The notes below the pieces were generated by a model, which saw nothing but the letters and a program-made list of their open reading frames with translations, made no database searches and was not told where the DNA came from. From a virus: 64,000 nt of DNA. This document shows positions 1 through 9,255 of the stretch, in pieces (within the stretch, counting starts at the first letter, position 1; the number at the start of each line of letters is the position of its first letter). The DNA lies in IMG/VR virus record IMGVR_UViG_3300020192_000010, positions 30,892 to 94,891 of that record. One strand, given 5' to 3'. A program made the position numbers and the translations under genes.

Positions 1-1370
1 ATCAGGGTGTTTGAAATTTGTCCGGCTAGATGTACGAACGTCGTTAGCGTTCCTTGAGCGGCTCCTACCATTACAGCGGTCGAACCATCATCTTCGTATA
101 CAAGGCCTCCTAGCAAATCTAATGAACCGTTATCTACTACTTTAGTAACAAGAAGGTCTGCTTGCGATACAGGTGTTGTAAGAGGTTGATTTTGCCAATC
201 AAGAGGGCTTATGATAGGCGTCTTCTTTACAATACAATCTTTGATTCTTATGTATCTAGAACCAAGTGGATCGGTCAAACCGAATGCAGCTGGATAGTAG
301 AATACACGAAGGTCTACCGTATACGGAACCTTACGCACGTTAGATGTACCTTCGTATGTCTTTCCAACAGGGAAGAAGGTGAATCCCAATTCAGGATCAA
401 CATCGACAGCTGATGTGATGTTGTAGAACGCAAATGTGTTAGCTAGCTCGACATCATAGAACTGCCAGCTCTCCTGTCTTATGGCCCCGAGAGATGCGAA
501 GATAGGGCCGAACGCAGCTGGAAGACCAGTAATGCCTGAGGCGTCTTGCCCGATCTCACGAAGATACTGTAGCGTTCCAGTCGATCTTGTGAAATCGGCT
601 TGTTTGATGAATGCAGGACATACTTCTTCAGTACAGCAACCGTCGTCATCACCGTCAGCGTCATCACAAGGAGGTATGCGGAAAGACAAGCTTAGGATGT
701 CTTTAATGATTTGAATTATAAGCGCAACGATTTGAAGCACAGCAAATAGATTTTTCAAATAACATAGAAGTGCGCCAACCTTTCGAGCTGCTGTAAGAAT
801 GCCATTAGCATCTTTACGTTTAGCTATACGGGCCAGCAATTTGATGTTCTTTAGAATCTGGTTAATGATTCTTATAATCTCTGCTATGATGTATTGGATA
901 AGAGCAAGTATTAACAATATCAATGATATGATCATTAATATGAACGCAAAATAAGGGAACAGTGCAAGGAAATCAGGTATGCACGTTCTAAACAATTTAC
1001 GAAGAGCTTTGATAAGTTTAAATGGATTCTTTAATGCGCAGAGTACCTCTATGATACAAATGATCATATTAAGGATGGGCAAAATCATCTTATAGATAGC
1101 CAAGAACGGCGTGAGATAATCTAGAAGCTTAAGAATAGCGTCAAGTATCTTCTCATCTATATTTGGATTTAGATTAGGCTTTACCGGGCCGCCTGGAAGC
1201 AACAGCTTTAAGCTTTCAATAAGTTCTGCAATATCCGCTGGAATACCATCCAGAACAACGGGCATTCCGGGTATTTCTAATCCACTATCTATTGGCGAAC
1301 CAAATCCAGGAATGGATGGCTCATCAAAATTCCCAGGCGGGATACTATAATCGGTAGGCTTACAAGGCAT
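1..1370 (-). CDS. Partial CDS (runs off the left edge), baseplate-region protein with long hydrophobic/amphipathic helices
   Basis: Not in the ORF track. ATG at 1370 reads MPCKPTDYSIPPGNFDEPSIPGFG and stays open to base 1. It contains FPYFAFILMIISLILLILALIQYIIAEII and PPCDDADGDDDGCCTEEVCP, and starts 14 nt after the spike gene stop. Confidence 0.85.
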   Translation of the reverse strand, partial: MPCKPTDYSIPPGNFDEPSIPGFGSPIDSGLEIPGMPVVLDGIPADIAELIESLKLLLPGGPVKPNLNPNIDEKILDAILKLLDYLTPFLAIYKMILPILNMIICIIEVLCALKNPFKLIKALRKLFRTCIPDFLALFPYFAFILMIISLILLILALIQYIIAEIIRIINQILKNIKLLARIAKRKDANGILTAARKVGALLCYLKNLFAVLQIVALIIQIIKDILSLSFRIPPCDDADGDDDGCCTEEVCPAFIKQADFTRSTGTLQYLREIGQDASGITGLPAAFGPIFASLGAIRQESWQFYDVELANTFAFYNITSAVDVDPELGFTFFPVGKTYEGTSNVRKVPYTVDLRVFYYPAAFGLTDPLGSRYIRIKDCIVKKTPIISPLDWQNQPLTTPVSQADLLVTKVVDNGSLDLLGGLVYEDDGSTAVMVGAAQGTLTTFVHLAGQISNTL

Positions 1371-1384
1371 TCGTTAGCAATATA

Positions 1385-3433
1385 TCACAGGATTGAGCCG
1401 CTACTACGAGCAACGACACGAGCGGCGCCTTCATCGTTAGAATATAGGATGATTTCCTCAGAATCGATGCAAACTTGGTTGCCTTTTAGAAGAAGGTTCT
1501 TGCCAGCTACGAGTGACATGTTTCCAGGCGTAAGAACAGTTACGCCGAATTCATCAACTCGTACAACGTGAAATTCTCCTGCCGCGTTATAAACGCGTAT
1601 ATCGATTGCTCCGGCACGGTGAGCGAAGTTTTTACCGTTTTTGGTAAACCTGTTATCGCTAATGTCGCTCGTAAGAGGTCCTAGAGGACTCATACCAGTA
1701 TCGATTCCACCGACCTCGATAAGAATATCTCCAGTACAGCTTAATCCTACGCTTACATTGTTGTTATCGCGCCCGATCATTCCTAGAATGCTGCCCTGGG
1801 TATCGAGCCATAGCGATTGCTTATCTACCGTATTGGCTCCGATGTTCCATTCTAACATTCCGTCAAAATTAAAACTGCCACTTCGACCACCTGCATTGGC
1901 GTCTCTGCCTGACACTTTTATCTCTTTCGTTACATAGTTATCAGGCGATTTTATCGTTGATATTAACGTGGCAGGAGGATCGTATTCGTATAAGACCTTG
2001 CTGCGATGAGCTGACAGTACCTCTGTAATGTCATGATACATGGTGCCATGCTTGATTGGTTTTTTAGATAGGCGATCCATTGGTGCAGCAAATCCGGCAT
2101 CGTTATCTGGATCTGATATCGTTATTGATCCGCCATTAAATGCTACGCTATCAAGATAAATGTCACGACGCTGATCTCTGTTCTCGGTGCTTTGCTTATC
2201 TAGCGAAAAATTAGCAGGATCTCCGTCATCAGCAGCGGCATCCAATGTCGATGCATTTTCTGTACGAGTAAGCAAAGCAATATTGCCCTTCTCAGAAGAG
2301 GCCGGAACGTTAAGCTTGAATTGTCCTTCTTTATCGATATCGAAAAAGAATCGGCTACGCATACGTGCCCAAGATTCATTTGAATCGGGATCAGGTAGTG
2401 GCGATACCGTTGGTTTCTTAGGTTGCAAGCCACTTAGATCTGGCGCATGACCTTTACGAGAGTTTACCTCAAAATGAAAGGCGATGCTCTTACGCTCAAT
2501 CTCACGAAGACGAATGAATGCATCCTCTTTGCTTTCATTTTTGATAAACGAAAGCTGTTTCTCTTTACCAGCAGGCAATACGTTTCTATTAAGATCTAAT
2601 ATGTTTCCGTAGATATCGATAACGGTTCCCTTAACCGTCTCCATCAAATAGTTAGGTGCTACCTGACTAAGGCTAAGTGTATCTGTTCTAGCCTCACGAC
2701 GCTCATATGTACGGGCTTCATTGGGGACTCCGCCTTTGCTAACAAGCTGCGCTTCCTTGGCATCATTCGTATATCGCGAACCGTGAGCAAACTCGTAGAC
2801 AATTTCTCTCTTCTCCACGAACTGAGGGTTTCTGGTTGTCTTTCCATTGGTCGTTCTGCTAGCCAGCGAAGATGGGTCTAAACATATCTCTTTAAGACTG
2901 TCGTTGAAGTTATGAAGCTCACGACGTGTAAAATTATCAGCAGGACCAGGAAACAAATCCCTAAGAACAATGCCTTCTACCGTTACGGCTCCATCAGAAA
3001 CGGTAAGCTGTGAGCCGAAATTGTTGGAGATAAGGTTTCTGCTTGAGTCTATTCGTAATTGATTTAGTCTGTCGCCGATACTGATCCATTTATCTGGATT
3101 CAGTTCGATGATGTTATCTTCATCGCTTTGAATGATCAGTGAATTGCCATCAATAGCTGGCATGTTACTCGTAATGGTAATGAGTGCCATTACGAAATAT
3201 TGCCCAGATTCGCCCTGTGTAATAACTACAGGCGTTCCTCGTTGTGGTTTTCCGCCAATGAAATGACCGCCAGCTCCGAAATAGCCTGGGTAATAAAGCG
3301 CCTCTACTTGTGTTCCTGTTGTATCTAACGATACACGTACTACGTTAGCAGATACGATATCTTGTATAGTTCCACGCGTAGCAAACCCAGCGGGTTTGTT
3401 AATGATTCTAGGAACTACGTGTGGGCCATTCAT
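1385..3433 (-). CDS. Putative baseplate central spike (gp5/gpV-like, N-terminal OB-fold)
   Basis: N-terminus GTIQDIVSANVVRVSL...GHFIGGKPQRGTPVVIT resembles the gpV/gp5 OB-fold. The C-terminus is beta-rich. Lies directly downstream of the hub gene. Confidence 0.6.
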   Translation of the reverse strand: MNGPHVVPRIINKPAGFATRGTIQDIVSANVVRVSLDTTGTQVEALYYPGYFGAGGHFIGGKPQRGTPVVITQGESGQYFVMALITITSNMPAIDGNSLIIQSDEDNIIELNPDKWISIGDRLNQLRIDSSRNLISNNFGSQLTVSDGAVTVEGIVLRDLFPGPADNFTRRELHNFNDSLKEICLDPSSLASRTTNGKTTRNPQFVEKREIVYEFAHGSRYTNDAKEAQLVSKGGVPNEARTYERREARTDTLSLSQVAPNYLMETVKGTVIDIYGNILDLNRNVLPAGKEKQLSFIKNESKEDAFIRLREIERKSIAFHFEVNSRKGHAPDLSGLQPKKPTVSPLPDPDSNESWARMRSRFFFDIDKEGQFKLNVPASSEKGNIALLTRTENASTLDAAADDGDPANFSLDKQSTENRDQRRDIYLDSVAFNGGSITISDPDNDAGFAAPMDRLSKKPIKHGTMYHDITEVLSAHRSKVLYEYDPPATLISTIKSPDNYVTKEIKVSGRDANAGGRSGSFNFDGMLEWNIGANTVDKQSLWLDTQGSILGMIGRDNNNVSVGLSCTGDILIEVGGIDTGMSPLGPLTSDISDNRFTKNGKNFAHRAGAIDIRVYNAAGEFHVVRVDEFGVTVLTPGNMSLVAGKNLLLKGNQVCIDSEEIILYSNDEGAARVVARSSGSIL

Positions 3434-6400
3434 TTATTGCTCTCGAACGTTAGCCATATATCAATGACGCCATCTACAAGTCTTTCCTGAAGCGCCTTAC
3501 CTTCAGCGGCCGAGCCTTTTTCAGCAGCCAAACTGCGCGCAAAACTCCATGCCTTTCCAGATGGGCTTTGAGATACGTCATCATCCGATAAATCCACAGT
3601 CACCAACTTAACAGACGTCTTAGGAAACACAGGGGGAGTATTATCTCCAAACAATTGAACTATAGCGGTCTTACTTGCTCCTCCAGTTATCAAACTGCTT
3701 ATAAAGCTTGCGTATTGCTTAATGTTCGTATTGACACCCTTAACACTACTGGCCCCTTTGGAATAATGATAAAATCTTATCTCGATGAGAGGTTGCTCGG
3801 CCGATTCATTCGAGGAATTCAATATTCCAACAAGTGCGTATTGCAAGTTTACCAATGTGTTAATGTTAACGTTGCCGTATGCATCCTTCTTAATTGCATC
3901 GATCGGCTCGTCCTTAACAAAGGACGTTTGGCTGAAAGCAAGGGCGCCGATTGGCTTCTCATTGTAAGCATTCTCTTCACGAATAACTACATTGTTTGAA
4001 ACATCTCGATTCTTATACAGAATCTTACCAACAATGTCAAAAGCTGTCGGAATATATTCGCCAGGATTGTGTCCGTGGGTCAGTTTAAGCGTAGTGGTGA
4101 ATGCTGTTCCGAACGTAAGAGAGTGGCTTACGCTTTCAACGTACCAAAGCATGTTGGTTGGTTCTAGGTAAATAACTTCACCGGCTTGCATATATTCATT
4201 GCCTACTATCGATGCGCTACCGGTAATGATTTGACCCCTAGCCCGATTAAGCAACGTAACTGCATACGGCGCCAGCTGAGTCTCAGGATCAGACAGGGAC
4301 GGTATCTTGATGGTGTTACCACCTCGATAGCCGTACATGCGCCACATATCATAGTCGACCGCATATGCAGTCGTTTGTGCGTTGCCACCGTTACCCAACT
4401 CTTGGCCCTCTGGCCCTTCTCCCATCTTGAAGAAACCGTCTGTGCCGTTGAATAGGCCGTTAACTTGTATTGAATTGAACTCTGGTGGCGTTTCGCTGTA
4501 ATTGAAAGATAGTAGCTGACCATCTCGTACAACATACCGCCCACCAGAACCGGGGCCATAATCGTCGTACGACTCGTCCTCAATCATGTGCTCCAGTATT
4601 TCTGGGACACCCTCTTGTCCATACAGATTTGGAAAGGCCAGCTTGCTTATTGTAGAAGAGTTGATTTTATCTGCGTCGACCGTAGTGCGCAGAGCATCTC
4701 GTACGGCCGTAAGCGCGCTCGATGCAGTCTTTACCATACGTTGACGGTCTGAGATCAATGTTGCTATCTGCTTTGTAATCCTGAATACGTCTAAAGCACT
4801 GGCTCCGCCACCAGCACTGGTAGGCAATGGTTTACCAAACAACTTGGATAACGAGGCTGGCCTTATGCTTGTTTGCCTTCTAAGGTTGTTAGAAATCGTT
4901 TCAACACGTGACGTAAGCGCTGAGTTTGAAGAGTCAAATATAGGTATTGGATTCTTAACCGAGTCTGCCGAAAAACGATTAACCAATATTGTAGAACGAG
5001 CTGCGGAAGAAAATGCAAAACGCACTTCTCTAGCTTGCTGGTTTACATCAACAGTAAATGTTTCTACTATGGCGATATTAGAGGCATCAGGTGCGGCAAT
5101 AGCTGCAGCGATATTTAGATCTGCGATATCACCGGTAATTGGATCAGATAGAAATTGGAATTTTCTCGCCGTATCATCATCGATGATGAGGTCAGTCAAA
5201 ATTTTATCGTCGCTATCGATCGATAGCGCGGCGGCCTGAAGACGAATCTGATTTTCAATGATCGCTATGTTCTTAAACATACCTTGCAGCTGGTTGCTAT
5301 AAAGGTCTTGTAAGAATTGAGGAAAAATTTGAATTCCACGCTCTTCTTTGTTCTTCATTAGCTGTAAGAATACGCTGTTTGGAACTCTGTTAAATTGAGG
5401 CGGGCGAGCTTGAATATGTCCCTGAGAGTCAGCGAAGACTTCTAGGTCTAGTTTCTCAGCCAGCGAAGTGATTTGACTTGCAACGTTATCGTATTCGTTC
5501 AAAAAAGTATTAAAACGACCGCCAATAGCTTTGCTAAACGCTTGAAGATCAAGATCCTTATCGTAAGTATCATCCACTATAAAAAGATTTCGATCTTCAT
5601 TCGCTTTAACTCTGTAGAACATGCGGCGAGTTAGGAAGTTTATCTTCCTGCGCATTTCTTTACGAATGGATGGGTTGTGTAAAGCTTTTTTCCCATCAAC
5701 TGATTTATTGAACTCATCTACATCGAACGATATGTCATCGCCAAAAATCTGATAGAATTTGGCGCCACTACCGATGGCATTACCTATTGCCAACTGGGCT
5801 TCAGCTATCTTTCCATTAAGCTCTGTCAATCTTTGAACTTGAATCTGAGAGCTGTTCCGACGAAGCGCGCTGTCGACATCGAACCCGGCGCTAGACCTGG
5901 CTACCTTATCAAATGTCTCGGCTCGTTGTTGCAACAAATCGTCTAGTTTAGAGTTGTTAGCTACAACGCTAAGTGTTCCTTGCATCATTTGTGCGAATGA
6001 TTCCTCTGACAAAATCAGCTTCTTGAATGGCTGGAAATCTCCCCACAACTTAGCATTCTTTTGAAGGTCTTTTTGTAGGTTTCGAAAATAAGAAGGATCG
6101 TTGAAATAGTCTTGTTTGAAATCCTGTAAGATTGTCTTATAGAACGTAGCAAAGTTATAAGGATCGCCAGTAATAAGCAACGAAATAACGTTCATCAAAT
6201 CTTGTCCGGCAAAAGCTTCCTCAGTCGTTGCTCGTACAATGTTCTGTGCCGGTATTGAAGTGTTGAATGAATTACCGTACGTGTTACGCGACAACGTAAG
6301 AGTGCCGATGCCTTCTTTCCACCGATAGACCGTTCCGTCTGGTGGGTAGAAAATGTTTTGAACTACATTTGGCTGGCTACCAGCAGGTAGCTGAAAACCA

Positions 6401-8268
6401 ACATCGGAATCTTGGTTGCCAAAATTTTTATCAGAAGCCGATACTCCGGAAAGTGGCCCGGCTACATAGCGTGGTAGCGCTTGAGAGAAAAACTGCTTGT
6501 TCTCATCAAGTAATTGCGGCGCGTCCTTCTGAGCACCAGTCACGCTGTCGATGTTGATATCAAATGGGGTAACTGGATCTAGTAACGGCCCATGTGAGTT
6601 ATCAATAGATGGAACGAAATTTACCTGGCCCATACTAAAATACTTTGTATTGTCATCAGCAGATACAGATATGCTGTAACCTCTTCCGGCTGCCCACGAG
6701 CATTCTGCCTGACTGATTAGTCCGGCGAAAACGTGAGTACCTGCCTTCTCAGTAACAAACTGATTTCGCATTATAGACCACAGGTAATTAGGAAAATCTT
6801 TTCCTACAAAAATTGATTTCTCAATGTCTGCCGATGCATTGGCCGGACTGAATAAAGTCTTGAATTGCGTTCCGAGATCGTTAACTTGTTTGCTGATATT
6901 TTGTAGCGCTCCGAAACCGGTAAATGAGCTTTGAAGTCCGCCCATGATCTTGGTGTCGTTTTTAGATTTAGAATCCATGTACACATGCACGACGTCCATC
7001 GCTTGAATGATTGGCCTGTTACAGTAGTGTAACATCATCTTACGACGACAACGGTTTGTTGCTTTAGCGCTCTTCTTTGCTGCCGTGCGAGTATTTGTAT
7101 CTAGAGAAATAAGACTAGTGATGGAATCTAGAATAGTTGAGATAAGGCTTTTCTCATCATCGGTAATGCCATGAATTCCAAGTTCTTCACTTCCAAAATT
7201 AGATGATGGGTCGAATTCTGTTTTCAGATGCCCACTAAGCAAATCGCCTACGTCGCTCAACGATTCAAAATCAAGATTGGACGAGGCGTCGAAATTGATT
7301 TCGTAACCTAGACCGTCTACGACAACCCTTGTTTGTTTTCCAAGGAAGGTATCGGGATTAACGATGAAATTGATCGCATTAGCTCCACGGCGCGCTCGCT
7401 TGAGATTAAGAACACGTTTGTTCTTTTCAATCAATCCTTGAGAGCTTTCTCTGGCAAGCTTTACGAAACTACTTCTATTGAACGGATTTACTGCGTCAGA
7501 GATGGCCTGCTCAATGTCTTTCTCCGTGATTCTCATAAGTCCATATGGATCTTCTAAAGAGAACGTACAGCCGCCGCGGCCCCACTTGATCGAGCTGGTA
7601 ACGTTGATCGTCGATACTGTTGTCAGCTCAACTACTCCGGTACCGGTACCAAAAGTCGACTTGAAAAGTCTATTTGGATCTTCCGTCCATGTAGTAAAGA
7701 AGCCCGGGCTACTATATTGAATAAGCTTACGTATCTGTTCCATAGCCTTAGAAAACTTTGTATTAGCTACAAGTTCCTTTAGGATAGGAATTTCCGACGC
7801 TGCTTCAAACGTATTGAGCATAATTGGAAGCAATCCGTAATCAATGTTTTGCTGAAGCTTAGCAATTGTCTCAAGCTTAGTAAGACGTTCATACATTGCT
7901 ATTTGATTACATTTGTTTTTGAACAAAACAGATGCTGCTCGTAAGAACAGTTTATCTTCCTTGTCCTGGAACTGTGGTTGATTGTGAATCTTTAAAGATG
8001 AGAATTCCTTCTTTTTAATCACAATCGTTACATCGGGTGTTTGGCTCATGACCTGAAACACCTTAGGACTCATAGAATGCTTGGTAAAACCTTCTTCGAA
8101 ATACCTTCTCTCTGCACTCTTATCAAATCTATTAGCAAAAGTACCTAACGCTCCGTAACGAACGTTATTACCATCGCCATCGTCACCGTCTAATGTTTTG
8201 CCTTTGTTTCCTGACAAATTAAACTGTTGATCGACGACCTGACCTAGACTGTACAAAAATTCAGACAT
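3430..8268 (-). CDS. Putative baseplate hub protein (gp27/gpD-like), 1612 aa
   Basis: C-terminal GSASIVGNEYMQAGEVIYL...WYVESVSHSLTFGTAFTTTLKLTHG and EVFADSQGHIQARPP are typical of hub proteins. Position follows tape measure and tube initiator. Confidence 0.65.
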   Translation of the reverse strand: MSEFLYSLGQVVDQQFNLSGNKGKTLDGDDGDGNNVRYGALGTFANRFDKSAERRYFEEGFTKHSMSPKVFQVMSQTPDVTIVIKKKEFSSLKIHNQPQFQDKEDKLFLRAASVLFKNKCNQIAMYERLTKLETIAKLQQNIDYGLLPIMLNTFEAASEIPILKELVANTKFSKAMEQIRKLIQYSSPGFFTTWTEDPNRLFKSTFGTGTGVVELTTVSTINVTSSIKWGRGGCTFSLEDPYGLMRITEKDIEQAISDAVNPFNRSSFVKLARESSQGLIEKNKRVLNLKRARRGANAINFIVNPDTFLGKQTRVVVDGLGYEINFDASSNLDFESLSDVGDLLSGHLKTEFDPSSNFGSEELGIHGITDDEKSLISTILDSITSLISLDTNTRTAAKKSAKATNRCRRKMMLHYCNRPIIQAMDVVHVYMDSKSKNDTKIMGGLQSSFTGFGALQNISKQVNDLGTQFKTLFSPANASADIEKSIFVGKDFPNYLWSIMRNQFVTEKAGTHVFAGLISQAECSWAAGRGYSISVSADDNTKYFSMGQVNFVPSIDNSHGPLLDPVTPFDINIDSVTGAQKDAPQLLDENKQFFSQALPRYVAGPLSGVSASDKNFGNQDSDVGFQLPAGSQPNVVQNIFYPPDGTVYRWKEGIGTLTLSRNTYGNSFNTSIPAQNIVRATTEEAFAGQDLMNVISLLITGDPYNFATFYKTILQDFKQDYFNDPSYFRNLQKDLQKNAKLWGDFQPFKKLILSEESFAQMMQGTLSVVANNSKLDDLLQQRAETFDKVARSSAGFDVDSALRRNSSQIQVQRLTELNGKIAEAQLAIGNAIGSGAKFYQIFGDDISFDVDEFNKSVDGKKALHNPSIRKEMRRKINFLTRRMFYRVKANEDRNLFIVDDTYDKDLDLQAFSKAIGGRFNTFLNEYDNVASQITSLAEKLDLEVFADSQGHIQARPPQFNRVPNSVFLQLMKNKEERGIQIFPQFLQDLYSNQLQGMFKNIAIIENQIRLQAAALSIDSDDKILTDLIIDDDTARKFQFLSDPITGDIADLNIAAAIAAPDASNIAIVETFTVDVNQQAREVRFAFSSAARSTILVNRFSADSVKNPIPIFDSSNSALTSRVETISNNLRRQTSIRPASLSKLFGKPLPTSAGGGASALDVFRITKQIATLISDRQRMVKTASSALTAVRDALRTTVDADKINSSTISKLAFPNLYGQEGVPEILEHMIEDESYDDYGPGSGGRYVVRDGQLLSFNYSETPPEFNSIQVNGLFNGTDGFFKMGEGPEGQELGNGGNAQTTAYAVDYDMWRMYGYRGGNTIKIPSLSDPETQLAPYAVTLLNRARGQIITGSASIVGNEYMQAGEVIYLEPTNMLWYVESVSHSLTFGTAFTTTLKLTHGHNPGEYIPTAFDIVGKILYKNRDVSNNVVIREENAYNEKPIGALAFSQTSFVKDEPIDAIKKDAYGNVNINTLVNLQYALVGILNSSNESAEQPLIEIRFYHYSKGASSVKGVNTNIKQYASFISSLITGGASKTAIVQLFGDNTPPVFPKTSVKLVTVDLSDDDVSQSPSGKAWSFARSLAAEKGSAAEGKALQERLVDGVIDIWLTFESNK

Positions 8269-8289
8269 CGTACCTTACGATATAACGAC

Positions 8290-9231
8290 TCATCTTCGAG
8301 AAATACTTTGTGTAGGGCTTCTTACTACCGCAGGCTTAGCAAGCGTAACGTTTTTATGTTGTAGCTTTTGAACCTCGCCGCGTCGGAATGTAAGAGGTAT
8401 TCCTCCATCAATGCTATTGTTGCTTGGGCCATTAATTGCGCTGCGATGCCATGGCATAAAGTTTGTACGGGTTCCGCGACGTTGAGTTACCATAAACACC
8501 ATGTTATAATCGAAACTGCCTATATTATTTGCCGTTTCATTAAACGAAAAGGTCTTAAAGAATCCTCTAAATACCCATCCATCATGGTACAGTTCAACTC
8601 CCAACGCCATCGAGCCTAGTGAAACTATATTTGTTGGAAGCATGTTTGCTGTAGGAGATGCTGCACCAACTAAAGTGCCCAACGCTCCGCCCAGGAGGTC
8701 CCCAGCATCGCCGATACCGGCAATCGAGGTAGCTACCGAGTCTAGCAAGTCAGAAAGCCCGCTTACTTGATTATTTGCAGCAAGCGAAAGTCCAAGAGCG
8801 TCGAAAGCCAGCTGTTCAGACCTATATACTTCTCGTAAAACGTTAATACCTTCAACGCCAGAGCTTCCTGTGGTTCCGCTGATGGTCATTTGCATCAAGG
8901 CCTCGCCCCAGTACTGTATAACGTATCCACCCTTGGTTAGTTGTTCATGAATAAGCTTACTCTCGCTGTATTGTACGCTTTGGGGATTAACGTACATCTT
9001 TACCACGCCAAATTCAGGCAAAAACCAATGCATCAGTTGACGTTTTTGTTTTGCTCCACGAATATTAGATTGAGTTTTTTGAGAAGGTAATCCTGTACCA
9101 TCTGCCGAGGACGATTCAGATACAATGAATCCATCGTCTTCAAATTGACGCTTAAAACGCTGATCAGACAATCCAGAAATACTAGATGCCGCATCTCCAA
9201 TATCATCTATGAAGTCGCTAAATCCGCTCAT
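8290..9231 (-). CDS. Putative tail tube initiator / baseplate protein
   Basis: MYVNPQSVQYSESK...TKGGYVIQYWGE...ISGTTG and FRGFFKTFSFNE...FDYNMVF pattern. Lies between tape measure and hub. Confidence 0.6.
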   Translation of the reverse strand: MSGFSDFIDDIGDAASSISGLSDQRFKRQFEDDGFIVSESSSADGTGLPSQKTQSNIRGAKQKRQLMHWFLPEFGVVKMYVNPQSVQYSESKLIHEQLTKGGYVIQYWGEALMQMTISGTTGSSGVEGINVLREVYRSEQLAFDALGLSLAANNQVSGLSDLLDSVATSIAGIGDAGDLLGGALGTLVGAASPTANMLPTNIVSLGSMALGVELYHDGWVFRGFFKTFSFNETANNIGSFDYNMVFMVTQRRGTRTNFMPWHRSAINGPSNNSIDGGIPLTFRRGEVQKLQHKNVTLAKPAVVRSPTQSISRR

Positions 9232-9255
9232 AAATTATATGCCTTTTTATGGTGC

